The notes under the pieces were generated by a model. It was not told the origin of the DNA, did not search any database, and saw only the letters and a list, made by a program, of their open reading frames with translations. From contig NC_058373.1 in assembly GCF_018350175.1 (NCBI RefSeq), forward strand, positions 108,068,001-108,132,000: a DNA stretch of 64,000 bases, read 5' to 3'. This stretch comes from Felis catus. Lineage: Eukaryota. This document shows positions 1-11,205 of the stretch, one piece after another. Positions within the stretch are counted from its first letter, which is position 1, and every line of letters begins with the position of its first letter. Position numbers and translations under genes: made by a program.

Positions 1-129
1 CAGAAACTGAAGCAGGCTCCGGGCTCTGGGCTGTCAGCACAGAGCCCGACGTGGGGCTCAAGCTCACAGATGCTGAGATCATGACCAACCGAAGTCGGTT
101 GCCCAACCACTGAGCCACCCAGGTGCCCC
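1..129 (-). mobile_element. Can-SINE (SINEC), 5' half, cut by window edge
   Basis: Reverse complement of SINEC head: gagatcatgacc...ctgagccacccaggtgcccc. Confidence 0.95.
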
Positions 130-849
130 TCACCGATGTTTTCAATTTTATAAATTCTGAATATTCTGATAACGATATCAATCCCGGGAGTTAACTAGTA
201 AGCGAAGTAAATCACAAAATCCTGCTATTACCATTTTGCCTTAGAATTGCCATCAGCTGCAGGCTTGTTCCCAAGCCCCATGGCACTTCCCAAGAAGCCT
301 TTGGCACCCGTTCTAGGACTTGGCTTCTGGAAAGCTCTCAAGAAATGCCTGGTGAGACAATGGCTGAAAAAGAACAAGGGGGTAGGCAGAGAGCATAGGA
401 AAAGAGAAAAAGAAGGAAGAAGAGAGAGAGAAAGGTAAAGGAAGAAATGGAGGGAATGAGAATGGGGCAGGGCAGATAAAAAGAGTGAGATAGACAGAAG
501 GAACTGTATGTTGCTTCTGTCTTAGATGTCTGTTCTGTGTGGAAAATGGAAATCAAAAACCATTTCTATGACAAACCTTGTTTAGAATATTACTGCTGGA
601 ACCCACCTGGTGAAGTGACAGCTTTGTGGGAAATTCACTGGAAAATTTAGCTTTCCATCTGCAATAGAGGAAGCAAATTCTTGCTGAGACATTTGACAGA
701 CACACAGCTGTTTAGTCTTGGACATTATTTCTCTGTGCACTTTGCTATGGTAACGAAAGCCATGTCATGGAAATATACACATCACTTACCTACCATGGTT
801 TTCTAAGGCTCATACTTGAGTTTTGGAAGGAATGTTACAGTTTTGCTTT

Positions 850-1965
850 TTCACTTAACAATGAAAATAAATAAATACTGCTTATTTTTGAATAATCAGA
901 AAACACAGATAAGCATAAATAAGAAAGTAAAGATTACCTATTATCCAAAACATTCAGAGATAGCTATTCACACTTGGTGTTCTAGATTTTATTTTGAATG
1001 CAAACATGTAGAAAATATACGTATATATGATCATACTGTATGTTTTATTATATAATCTTCAGTTTCACTTAATATATTGAGAATATCTCTGCCATATTTT
1101 CAATTATTGCATAGGTCTCTCTTCTGCTATTGACAAATATTTAGGTGTGCCAAATTTTTTGTTATTATAAATGACACACTAAAGAATATTCTTGAACAGG
1201 CATTTTTGTGCATTTATCCTGTTATTTCCTTAGGATAAGTTCTTAAATGTGAACATTTAAATGTCAGCGTGCACACCTTAAAGTGCTGTATCAATTTGCC
1301 AAATTGCCTTCCAGAAAGTCGGAACCAATTTACATTCCCTTTAAAGTGTATAAATGCCCTATTATCTCAAGCCCTCATCAACACTAGTTATTATCATTCT
1401 TTTTAAAAGTTTCCAGTTTTATAGGTTAAAAGATATTTTCATTTTTGTTTTAATTGGCATTTCATTTATTACCAGTGAGGTCAAATGTTTTTTATGTTTA
1501 TTGGCCATTTGCATTTCTCTTTTTTGTGTAACTTGCCTGACCAGGTGCCAACTATATTTTCCTAATGGGTTTTTTATCTTTTCATTGATTTCTAAGAGTT
1601 CTTCATAATTCAAAAATATTAACCCTTTGCTGTCATGTGTGTTGTGAATTTTTTTCTCAGCTTTTCATAACTTGGACTATGTAGTTTAGATGTGTAGAAG
1701 TTTTGGTTTGCCTTAAGTGACCAATATGTTAATAATTCCCTTTTATGTCTTACCTTTGAATCATGATCAGAAGGGTATTTCACATTCCAGAATTATATAA
1801 TTTTACCTATGTTTTTTTCTCTTTTCCCTTGTTTTTTACTTTTATATTTTTAAGCCATCTGAAATTTACTTGACATGTCATGTGAGGTAGAGATCCAAAT
1901 TCTTTTTTTTTTTTTGAAGTTTATTTATTTATTTTGAGACAGAGAGACAGCATGAGCAAGAAAGG

Positions 1966-2019
<54 letters not shown>

Positions 2020-2240
2020 CAAGCAGGATCCTCACCGTCAGCACAGAGTCCGATGTGGGGCTCAAACCCACAAAACCATGAGGTCGTGACCTGAGCCGAA
2101 ACCGAGAGTCGGACGCTGAGCCCCCCAGGTGCCCCTCCAAATTATTTTTCTAACATTTGGACTGAATAGTCCATGGTTTTCCTACTGATTTGAAATACCT
2201 TCTTTATCGTATTCTAAATACTTATACATACTTGAGCTGT
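850..2240 (-). mobile_element. Old L1 (L1M/L1ME-type) 3' remnant, interrupted by a SINE
   Basis: Antisense L1 3' motifs: gccaaattgccttccagaaag...ccaatttacattccc, ttttaattggcatttc, ttattggccatttgcatttct. Confidence 0.8.
1902..2135 (-). mobile_element. Can-SINE with (GA)n expansion
   Basis: polyT-tttattt-(GA)n-...caggtgcccc; TSD tccaaatt at 1894 and 2136. Confidence 0.95.
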
Positions 2241-2449
2241 TCTGTTACTTGCCTTTTTGTAGTTTTCTGAAGCCCCAAGTCCGTGTGTTAGTCCTTTAGA
2301 ACTATTATTTTAACTGTCCAGATTGAAAGTTGTTATTTCATAGATCCCTCAGACTTTTAGAATAATGGCTGCTACTTCTAATAGAAAGAACAAGATCTAT
2401 TTACTTACTTTGGAGGTGTGGTAAAGGAGAGAATTTACCCCTAGGTCTT

Positions 2450-2590
2450 AGAGTTTCAAATGTAGAAAGACCTGAAGCTCTTCTATTCAAATCTCCTAAT
2501 ATTATAGGTGAGTGCTAGAAATATTAGTTGACTTGTTTATGGTTAGCACAGCTAGCAGGGCAGAGTTGAGACTAGAACCAAGACTTGAAC
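2450..2590 (-). mobile_element. MIR fragment
   Basis: tgacttgtttatggttagcacagctagcagggcagagttgagactagaacc resembles antisense MIR core. Confidence 0.6.
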
Positions 2591-3797
2591 CAAAGCTAGT
2601 TAGTGGAGAGGTGAGACATATTCCCCTAAAACCATGCTGGTTGAAGATGGTTCCAGTGAGGGTCTATCAAGGACAGCAAAAGCAGAATTAATAAAATGAT
2701 CCTGCTTAAGGATAGTTTTGTCCTAGATCTCCAGAAGTTAACAACTGAAGAAACTGAGAAGCTTCTGGAGCACTTGTTAAACGTAGAGGAGCCTTTGCTG
2801 TTAACTGACTAAATCCTTAGAAAGCTCCCCACAGGAAGGAAACATCTATAGATATCACAGACATGCTAAATACCGAGCAGGTAAGTACACGAGCACATTC
2901 AGGAGTCGCAGCTTACCAAGCATTGACCTTTCAAAGAGAAGTTTAAGACATTTCTCAGAAGTACCCCTCTCACCCTGGTTGACTCTGTACGGTTCATTCA
3001 GGCCAGATGCCAGCAAGCTCAGGCAGCTGAGAGGTAGGAAATATGTGTGGCTCTGAGAGTCCGCCAAAGGAGAAAAGCTTTTCATAGCCAAGGCAGGAGA
3101 GGAAACTGATGATCCGGGAAGAGTTGTGCTATGTTTGTGTTTTCTTTTCTCTATTGAGAAGATTTTCAAACTATTCTTTAAAAGCCATCCTGGCTCCCTC
3201 TCACCCCTCCCACCTCATGGAAATCCATTCTCTAGCAAACAACCTTCTATCTAAGGTCACTGCAGTTTTCAAAATATGTGCAGTTTCCTAAAGATATTTT
3301 TTAGTTTAATTTATTTTTCAATAGGAAGTATATAGTCATATGGTCTAAAATTCAAAAGACACCAAAGGATGTACAGTGAGAAGTCTCCCTTCCATCCATG
3401 GCTACCCAGTTCCTGTCCTGGCAAAAACAAGTTCTAGTTTCTTATATACCATTCCAGAATTACTTTAGACATACTTAAACATATAATCACACATATATTC
3501 TTTTGTGAAAATTTTTACATGAGGGGTAGCTTACTACGAACAGTTCTACACCTTGCCATTTTTACTTAATATCTTGAGGATATTTTGTATCCATAAGTTA
3601 AAGAGCTACCTCATTCTTTATTATAGATGCATTTCATTATACTCTATTGTAGGAATAAAGAATATTTCATTTAATCAGTTCCCCTATAGATATTTATTGT
3701 CTGAATTTTGCCATTACACAATGGTGCAACATTTTACACAATGGTGTAGAATACATTATTTTACACATCCGCAACTTTATATCAAGAATAAAGTCCT

Positions 3798-4012
3798 GGA
3801 GGCCTGGGTGGCTCATCCGTTAAGCCTCTGACTTTGGCTCAGGTCATAGTCTCACAGTTTGTGGGTTTGAGCCCCAAGTCAGGCTCCGTGCTGACAGCTC
3901 AGAGCCTAAAGCCTGCTTTGGATTCTGTGTCCTCCTGTTTCTCTGCCCCACCCCAGCTGACACTCTTTCTCCCTCAAAAATAAGTAAACACTAAAAAAAA
4001 AATTTTTTTTTA
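3798..4012 (+). mobile_element. Can-SINE
   Basis: gcctgggtggctca head, CT region, A tail; TSD aagaa(t)aaagtcct at 3784 and 4013. Confidence 0.95.
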
Positions 4013-4390
4013 AAGAAAAAGTCCTGGAAAGGGAAATGTGAGATATAAGGATATGAGCATTTGTAATTTTGACAGAAATTGCTAAATTTCCCCTCATAGA
4101 GATTGTATCAATTTAAAGCCCTCCCAGTAGTGTAGAAAGTGCCTGTTTCTTCCTACCTTTGCCAGTATGGTATCTTACCAACTCTTTTTTTTCAACCTTT
4201 ATAAATGTGATAGGTAAACAGTGATATCTGGGTATAGTTTTAATTTGTATCTCTCTTATAATGAGTGTGATTGAGAATATTTTCATATATTTAAGGGCAG
4301 TTTGTATTTCTGTCCTAGAAACTATTAATAGCCTTCAGGGGTTTTTTTGTATAGTATGTTAGTGATCTTTTTCTATTGATTTGTAAGAGC

Positions 4391-4605
4391 TTTTTATTTT
4401 ATTTTATTTTATTTTATTTTATTTTATTTTATTTTATTTTATTTTATTTTATTTTCTGTTTATTTATTTATTTATTTTAAGAGAGAGAGAGAGGGAGGGA
4501 GAGAGAGAATCCCAAGCAGGCTCCGCACTGTCAGCACAGTGAGATCATGACCTGAGCCGAAATCAAGAGTCAGACATTTAACCAACTGAGCCACCCAGGT
4601 GCTCC
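4391..4605 (-). mobile_element. Can-SINE with internal deletion and (TTTTA)n tail
   Basis: (tttta)n 4391-4455, gagagaatcccaagcaggctcc, ctgagccacccaggtgctcc. Confidence 0.9.
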
Positions 4606-4794
4606 TGAATTGTACAAGTTTTTTATTCAGTAGAGTGTCTAGCAGTTTATCTGTGGTTTTAGTTGCACATATTTCCCCAGATCTGTGTCTTCCAACTTTG
4701 CTGTTGGCATCTTAAAAGTCCTTTAATTTTATGGCTTCTGTGTTTTCTATCCTACTTTCCCAGTCTAAGATTGTTTTTAAAAAATCCTATGGTT

Positions 4795-5013
4795 GGGGCG
4801 CCTGGGTGGCGCAGTCGGTTAAGCGTCCGACTTCAGCCAGGTCACGATCTCCCGGTCCGGGAGTTCGAGCCCCGCGTCAGGCTCTGGGCTGATGGCTCAG
4901 AGCCTGGAGCCTGTTTCCGATTCTGTGTCTCCCTCTCTCTCTGCCCCTCCCCCGTTCATGCTCTGTCTCTCTCTGTCCCAAAAATAAATAAACGTTGAAA
5001 AAAAAAATTAAAA
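4795..5013 (+). mobile_element. Young felid SINE (SINEC_Fc1-type), full length
   Basis: ggggcgcctgggtggcgcagtcggttaagcgtccg, B-box gttcgagccc, CpGs intact; TSD aaaaaatcctatgg at 4779 and 5014. Confidence 0.97.
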
Positions 5014-5071
5014 AAAAAATCCTATGGCTTCTTTTTTTACACATTTGTGATTTGTTACTTTTAAATATTTA

Positions 5072-5445
5072 ATATATCTGAAATTTATCAGATATATATA
5101 TCAGATATATATCAGGTATATCTTTATATTATATATATATCAGATAAATATATATATATTTTTATATATATATTTATATATATTATATATATTTATATAT
5201 ATAATATATATTTATATATTTAAATATATTTATATATATTTATTTATTTATTTATTTATATATATATATATATTATATATATATCAGATAATATATATAT
5301 ATATATATATATTACTGATATATATATTATATATATCAGATATATATATATATATATATATATATATTACTTATATTAAGTAAGATATATATCAGATATA
5401 TATATCTGAAATTTATCAGATATATATATCAGATATATATCAGGT
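5072..5445. repeat. (TA)-rich low-complexity expansion bracketed by a 46-bp direct repeat
   Basis: atatatctgaaatttatcagatatatatatcagatatatatcaggt at 5072 and 5400. Confidence 0.9.
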
Positions 5446-5465
5446 CTAAACGTTTTAGGTTTGAA

Positions 5466-5467
5466 AA

Positions 5468-5510
<43 letters not shown>

Positions 5511-5511
5511 A
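5466..5511 (+). repeat. (AAAT)n tract flanked by a 14-bp direct repeat
   Basis: gttttaggtttgaa at 5452 and 5512. Confidence 0.9.
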
Positions 5512-6211
5512 GTTTTAGGTTTGAATACAATTTTATTTTTTTCCAGATGGCTAATCAGTTATTCTAAACTATTTGTTGAATAATACATCTTTTCTCTATT
5601 GATTTGAAATACTATATTTTAATATTTATATTTTCAATGTATTCACATGTTTTCATTTATAATCAAATGTTTCCCTTGTAACAACTGTCTTCAAAATTTT
5701 TCTGATTTCATATTGGTCTCTTACAATCACTGAAAAATCACATTTTCATAACTTTCCTCCCCTTACTTCTCTCCTTTGCTCTAAAATATTAGATCCTGTC
5801 ATTAAAACCCTAGGAATAGAGAGAAATTTCCTCAGCTTGATTAAAAATATCTATAAAAATCATCATACTAAACGAGGAGAAACCAAAAAACTTTCTAACT
5901 GTAGGTCAGGAAAAAGGCAAGAATGTCCCCTTTAATTGCTCCTTTTCAACCCTATACTGGCAATCTTACCTAATACATACAAGAAAAGGAAATAAGGCAT
6001 ACAAATTGGGAAGGAAGAAATAAAACTGTCTTTGTTCAGAGATGACATTATCATCTATGCAGAAAATCTGAAAGAATCCACAAAAAAATTTCTAAAACTA
6101 GTAGGTGATTGTAACAAGGTTAAGGATACAAGGTTAATATACAAAACCAACTGTTTTCCTATTGACCAGCAAAGAAACAAGTGGATTTGAAACTTAAAAA
6201 ACAATGCTATT

Positions 6212-6670
6212 CACTATCAACAATAGCCAAAGTATGGAAAGAGCCCAAATGTCCATCGATGGATGAATGGATAAAGAAGATGTGGTATATATACACAATG
6301 CAGTATTACTCGGCAATCAAAAAGAATGAAATCTTGCCATTTGCAACTACGTGGATGGAACTGGAGGGTATTATGCTAAGTGAAACTAGTCAGTCAGAGA
6401 AAGACAAAAATCATATGACTTCACTCATATGAGGACTTTAAGAGACAAAACAGATGAACATAAGAGAAGGGAAACAAAAATAATATAAAAACAGGGAGGG
6501 GGACAAAACAGAAGAGACTCATAAATATGAAGAACAAACTGAGGGTTACTGGAGGGGTTGTGGGAGGGGGGATGGGCTAAATAGGTAAGGGATACTAAGG
6601 AATCTACTCCTGAAATTATTGTTGCACTACATGCTAACTAATTTGGATGTAAATTTAAAAAAAAATTAAA
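6212..6670 (+). mobile_element. Young carnivore/felid L1, 5'-truncated (ORF2 C-terminus plus 3' UTR), nested in the older L1
   Basis: [61 protein letters not shown] ttaaaaaa(c)aatgctatt at 6194 and 6671. Confidence 0.95.
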
Positions 6671-7570
6671 TTAAAAAAAATGCTATTTACATTAACACGC
6701 TCCCACACACAAATTAAATTCTTGTGTATAAATCTAACAAAATATGTACAAGATCTATATGAAGAAAACTATAAAACTCTGGTGTACAAAATCAAAGAAC
6801 TAAATAAATGGAGAGCTATTCCATATTCATGGATAGGAAGCCTCAATCTTGTCAAGATATCAGGTCTTCCCACTTGATCTATAGATTCAATACAATCCCA
6901 ATCAAACTCCTAGCAAGTTATCTCGTGGATATTGACAAACTGGTCCTAAAGTTTATGTGGAAAGTAAAAAGACGCAGAACAGCCAGCACAATACTGAGGA
7001 GAAAAAATTGAAGTACTGATACTATCCAACTTTAAGACTGACTACAAAGCTATGATGGTCAAAACAGTATGGCATTCATGAAAGAATAGACAAATAGATC
7101 AATGGAACAGAATAGAGAGCCCAGAAATAGACCCATATAAATCTAGTCAACTCATCCTTGACAAAGGAGAGAAGGCAATATAATGGATCAAAAATTGTCT
7201 TTTCAATAGAGACTGGAACAACTGGACATCCATATGCAAGAATGAATCCAGACCCAGACACAGGTCTTACATCCTTCACAAAAATCAAGTCAAAAGACGT
7301 TATAGACCTAAATATACAATTCAAGACTAAGTGATCTTGGGTATAACAATGACATTTTAGATACAACACCAAAGGCACAATCCTTTGAAATTAATAATTG
7401 ATAAATTGTACTTCACTAAAACTAGAAACTTCTGTTTTGTGAAAGACAAAGTCAAGAGAATAAAAGGCAGGCAACACACAGGAGAAAATACTTGCAAAAG
7501 ACACATCTGATAAAGGACTGTTATCCAAAATATACAAAGAACTCTTTAAGAGTTTAAGATGTAAACTCAA

Positions 7571-7759
7571 GGCACCTGGGTGCCTCAGTCAGTTAAGTGT
7601 CCAACTCTTCATATCAGCTGAGGTCATGATCTAATGGTCATGAGATTGAGCCCCATGTTGGGCTCCACACTGTGTGTGGAGCCTGCTTGTTCTCTTTCCC
7701 TTCTCTCTGCCTGCCCCTGCTCATGCTCTTTCTCTCTTTCTCTCAAAAACAAAAAATAA
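7571..7759 (+). mobile_element. Can-SINE
   Basis: ggcacctgggtgcctcagtcagttaag head; TSD aaactcaa at 7563 and 7760. Confidence 0.93.
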
Positions 7760-8600
7760 AAACTCAACATGAGAAAACAATCTGATTTTTCAAATGAGCC
7801 GAACACCTTAACAGATACTTCACCAAAGGTATACAGAGAGCAAATAAGTATGTGAAAAGATGCTCCACATCATCAGGGAAATGCAAATTAAAACAACAAC
7901 ACAAATTAAACACTAAGTAAATAAATAAGTAATAAAACAACGTGTAGAGATACCACTACACATCTATCAGGATGGCCAAAATCTGGAACACTGACAACAC
8001 CAAATGCTGACAAGGATGTGGAGCAACAGGAACTCTCATACCTGCTGGTGGGATGCACACAGCCACCCTGGACGTCCATTTGGCGCTTTCTTACAAAGCT
8101 AAACATACTCTTATCATATCATCCAGCAATCACTCTCACTGGTATTTAGCTTACGGAGTAGAAAATTTATGTCCACATAAAAACAACAGATATTTATAGC
8201 AGCTTTATTCATAATTGTCAAAACTTGGAAGCCACCAAGATGTCCTTCAGTAGGTAAATGGATAAACTGTGGTACATCCAGACAATGGGATATTATTCAG
8301 TGCTAAAAAGAAATGAGCTATCAAGCCATGAAAAGATGGGGAGGTCTTAAATGCATATTACTAAGGGAAATAAGCCAATTTGAAAAGGTTGCATGTTGTA
8401 TGAGTCTAGCTGTATGACATTCTGAAAAAGCAAAATTATGAAGACAGTGGTTATTTCCAAGGATTGGTTGTGGGGAAGGCTAAATAAGAGAAGAACAGAG
8501 GGTTTTTAGGGCAGTGAAAATATTCCATATAGTGCTATAATGATGGATATAGGCCGCATATGCATTTGTCCAAACCCACAAAATATACACCATGAGTGAA

Positions 8601-8826
8601 TTTTTTTTTTATGTTTATTTATTCTTGAGAGAGAGAGAGAGAGTGAGACAGAGCATGAGCAGGGGAGAGGTCAGAGAAAGAGAGGGACACAGAATCAGAA
8701 GCAGGCTACAGGTTTGGAGCTGTCAACGGAGAGCCTGACACAGGGCTTGGCTCGAACTTATGAGCTGTGAGATCATGACCTGAGCCAAAGTTGGATGTTT
8801 AACTGAGTGAGCCACCCAGATGCCCC
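8601..8826 (-). mobile_element. Can-SINE
   Basis: Antisense SINEC; TSD cca(t/a)gagtgaatt at 8590 and 8828. Confidence 0.95.
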
Positions 8827-9075
8827 TCCAAGAGTGAATTCTAATGTAAACTGTGGACGCTGGGTGATTTTAATGCATCAGTGTAGGTTCATCAATTACA
8901 ACAAATGTAGCACTCTGGTGGGAGAGGTTGATAATGGAAGATTTTGATAGTGGCTATGCGTGAGTGGTGTCAGAAGGTATATAGGAAATCTCTGTACTTT
9001 CTCCTCAATTTTGTTATGAATCTAAAACTGTTCTGAAAAAATTAACGCTTAATTAAAAAAAAAAGTTATACTCTG

Positions 9076-9491
9076 AGGGCGTCTGGGGGGCTCAGTCAGT
9101 TAAGCATCTGACTTCTCAGACTGTTTTATATCTGATTGTTTATACCAGATTGTTTATGCCTGACCTTCAGCTCAGGTCAAGGTCTTGGGGTTCGTGAGTT
9201 TGAGCCCTGCATTGGGCTCTGCACTTACGGCACAGAGTCTGCTTTGGATCCTCTGTCTCCCTCTCTCTCTGCCCCTCCCCTGCTCACAAATACCTTAACA
9301 GATACTTCACCAAAGAAGATACACAGAGAGCAAATAAGTATGTGAAAAGATGCTCCACATTCAATGTCACTAGGGAAATGCAAATTAAAACAACAATGCA
9401 AATTAAAAAAAAATAAAATAAAACAACATGTAGAGATACCACTACACATCTGTTAGATCTCTTTCTCTCAAAAATAAACATTAAAAAAAAA
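9076..9491 (+). mobile_element. Can-SINE carrying two internal insertions
   Basis: SINE head, body and tail; TSD ttatactctg at 9066 and 9493; extra DNA at 9116-9165 and 9289-9458. Confidence 0.92.
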
Positions 9492-9782
9492 CTTATACTC
9501 TGCAAGCCAGTTCCTCCTCTAACCTCTCTCACATTCTTAGCACCAGCATTTCTGCTTTTCCAGACAGATATTACCTATAATTTTAAAGTTATTTGTGCCT
9601 CTTCTTCCCTTTTAAGAAGAAATTGCAAACTGCTCCCTTTCCACACTATACCAAGTGGACAGAAGTGAGGGACTCTAAGGGTAAGATTGGAGTTTCAGAG
9701 ACAGGGAAGGTCTCTTAGCATAGAATCAGGAGTTATCCACCCAGAGGTGGCTACTGAAGCCCAGAGAATGTTGATTTACAAC

Positions 9783-9903
9783 ACCCACTTTGGATCTTCT
9801 GTGCAGTACCCACTTTGGATCTTCTGTCCCCCTCTCTCTGTTCCTCCCCCACTTGTGCTTGCTTTCTCTTTCTCTCTAAAAAAATATGAACATTTTTTTT
9901 AAA
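9783..9903 (+). mobile_element. 5'-truncated Can-SINE 3' half with a 20-bp junction duplication
   Basis: ttggatcttctgtcccctctctctgttcctcccccact...aaaaaaatatgaacatt; acccactttggatcttctgt at 9783 and 9808. Confidence 0.8.
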
Positions 9904-10089
9904 ACAAGAATGGAGAGTCTCTGAGGAGGGGCCAAATAATACAGAAAGATCAGTGAGCTGGCGGATAAGGAAAAGACCAATGGAGTTGGTGACAGGGAGA
10001 TAGATCATAGCTGCTTTTTAGAGCAGTTACTTCCCATATGCAAATCCATCCACCCTTCTCCCCTCAACCGCTTCTTCTTTCTGGCTGGA

Positions 10090-10900
10090 TAGAATTGCTG
10101 TCAGCAGACCAGCATTCCCAACAGAATAATTAGAAAAGCCAAATAAAACACAGAAATCATCCCTTTGAAGGGAGCTGAGAGCTGCTGAGGCAAGGAAAAC
10201 TGGAAGAGCTAAGGCCTTGGAAGGAGAAGATCTTGAAAGTTCTCAGAGCATTTGAAGCAGGCTGAGAATCCCGAGGCAACGTGCAGTACAAAGTCTGGCC
10301 AAGGGCTGCTAAGGAGGGAGAGAAACCAATAGTTTTGGTGAAGGACTTGGGAGGCCCTCAAGCATGCAGCCTGCTTTTCTCTTGAGAACTGGTGCCAAAT
10401 ACAGGGACTGTTTAGAGCAGGGGTTTTAAAATGCAAGTGGAAACCCTGCCTCTGAAAAGCAGAGCGGAAGTTTTTCGGCAGTCTTGTAAGACTAAGATTA
10501 GAGTTTAGTACCCACAATGGGAGGGACCTTGCAGAATACAATAGGCTTTTGTCGAAGGTCAAAGATGAACCAGGTCAGAGATGAACCAATGGAAGACAGA
10601 TTTATCAGAGCTATAATACAACCTACACTCAGCAAATCACCAGAACATGACCAGACATCATTCTGTCAGTTACAGCAAGGGGATGGTAAACTTCTCTAAA
10701 AGAATATATCATTTGACGTCCAACTTAGTATACATAATGTCCAACACTCAATTAAGATTTACTAGGTATACCAAAGGACAGGATCATGAGGCTGAAAAAC
10801 CAAAGGGAAAAAGACAGTAGACACAGACAGGAGATCTAGACATTGAAGTTAGCTGACAAGGACTGACAATTTACCATCACTGTTTGTTAAAAGGGAAAAG
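10090..10900 (+). mobile_element. Possible ancient L1 5'/ORF1-proximal remnant
   Basis: A-rich strand; gagatctagacattgaagttagctgacaaggac resembles the L1M ORF1-proximal segment. Confidence 0.4.
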
Positions 10901-11029
10901 ATGGAATCCATTGCTGCCTATTCCACGAAACTTTCTTCAGTCCTCTTTTTTTTAGAAGCCATCTTTTCCTCCTTGACATAGTCCTGAAAGTTTATCTGTA
11001 TTTCTTATCGCAGTTACCACCTTATAAAG

Positions 11030-11205
11030 TGGTATCTTGTAAGTGGTTAAAAGCATGGAGTTTTTGAAGTCCTATCTGGCTCAAATTCAAGATCAGCCAC
11101 TTGTTAACTACATGACCTTGGAAAATATACTTATCTTATCTGAGCCTCAATTTCCTTATCTATAAAATGGAGTCAATAATAGCACTTTCCCCTAATGTTG
11201 TTTTG
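11030..11205 (+). mobile_element. MIR
   Basis: gtggttaaaagcatgg...tgaccttggaaaat...tctgagcctcaatttccttatctataaaatgg. Confidence 0.9.

Larger units (their letters stand above)
3295..5620 (-). mobile_element. Old L1M remnant, interrupted by three SINEs and simple repeats
   Basis: Antisense L1 motifs: gattgtatcaatttaaagccctcccagtagtgt, gttttaatttgtatctctcttataatgagtg, ttctctattgatttgaaat. Confidence 0.75.
5800..9060 (+). mobile_element. L1MC1-like LINE: decayed ORF2 (RT to C-terminus) plus 3' UTR, with nested insertions
   Basis: RT motif LSLFRDDIIIY at about 6026-6058 (FADD degenerate); INLTKYVQDLYEENYKTL...WIGSLNLVK; 3' UTR gcagtgaaaatattc...tttgtccaaaccca...gaaatctctgtact...aaaactgttct. Confidence 0.9.

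Noticed and set aside
4663..4998. Recurrent ORF GAPGWRSRLSVRLQPGHDL...VPKINKR (also 20704, 56036, 57044)
   Set aside because: It is the translation of the non-coding SINEC_Fc1 consensus, not a gene family.
6181..6432. L1 ORF2 C-terminal ORF
   Set aside because: 5'-truncated L1 fragment with no promoter, endonuclease or RT; not a functional CDS.
5800..9060. Possible active LINE-1
   Set aside because: RT motif altered to FRDD, many stops and frameshifts, nested insertions, no 5' UTR or ORF1.
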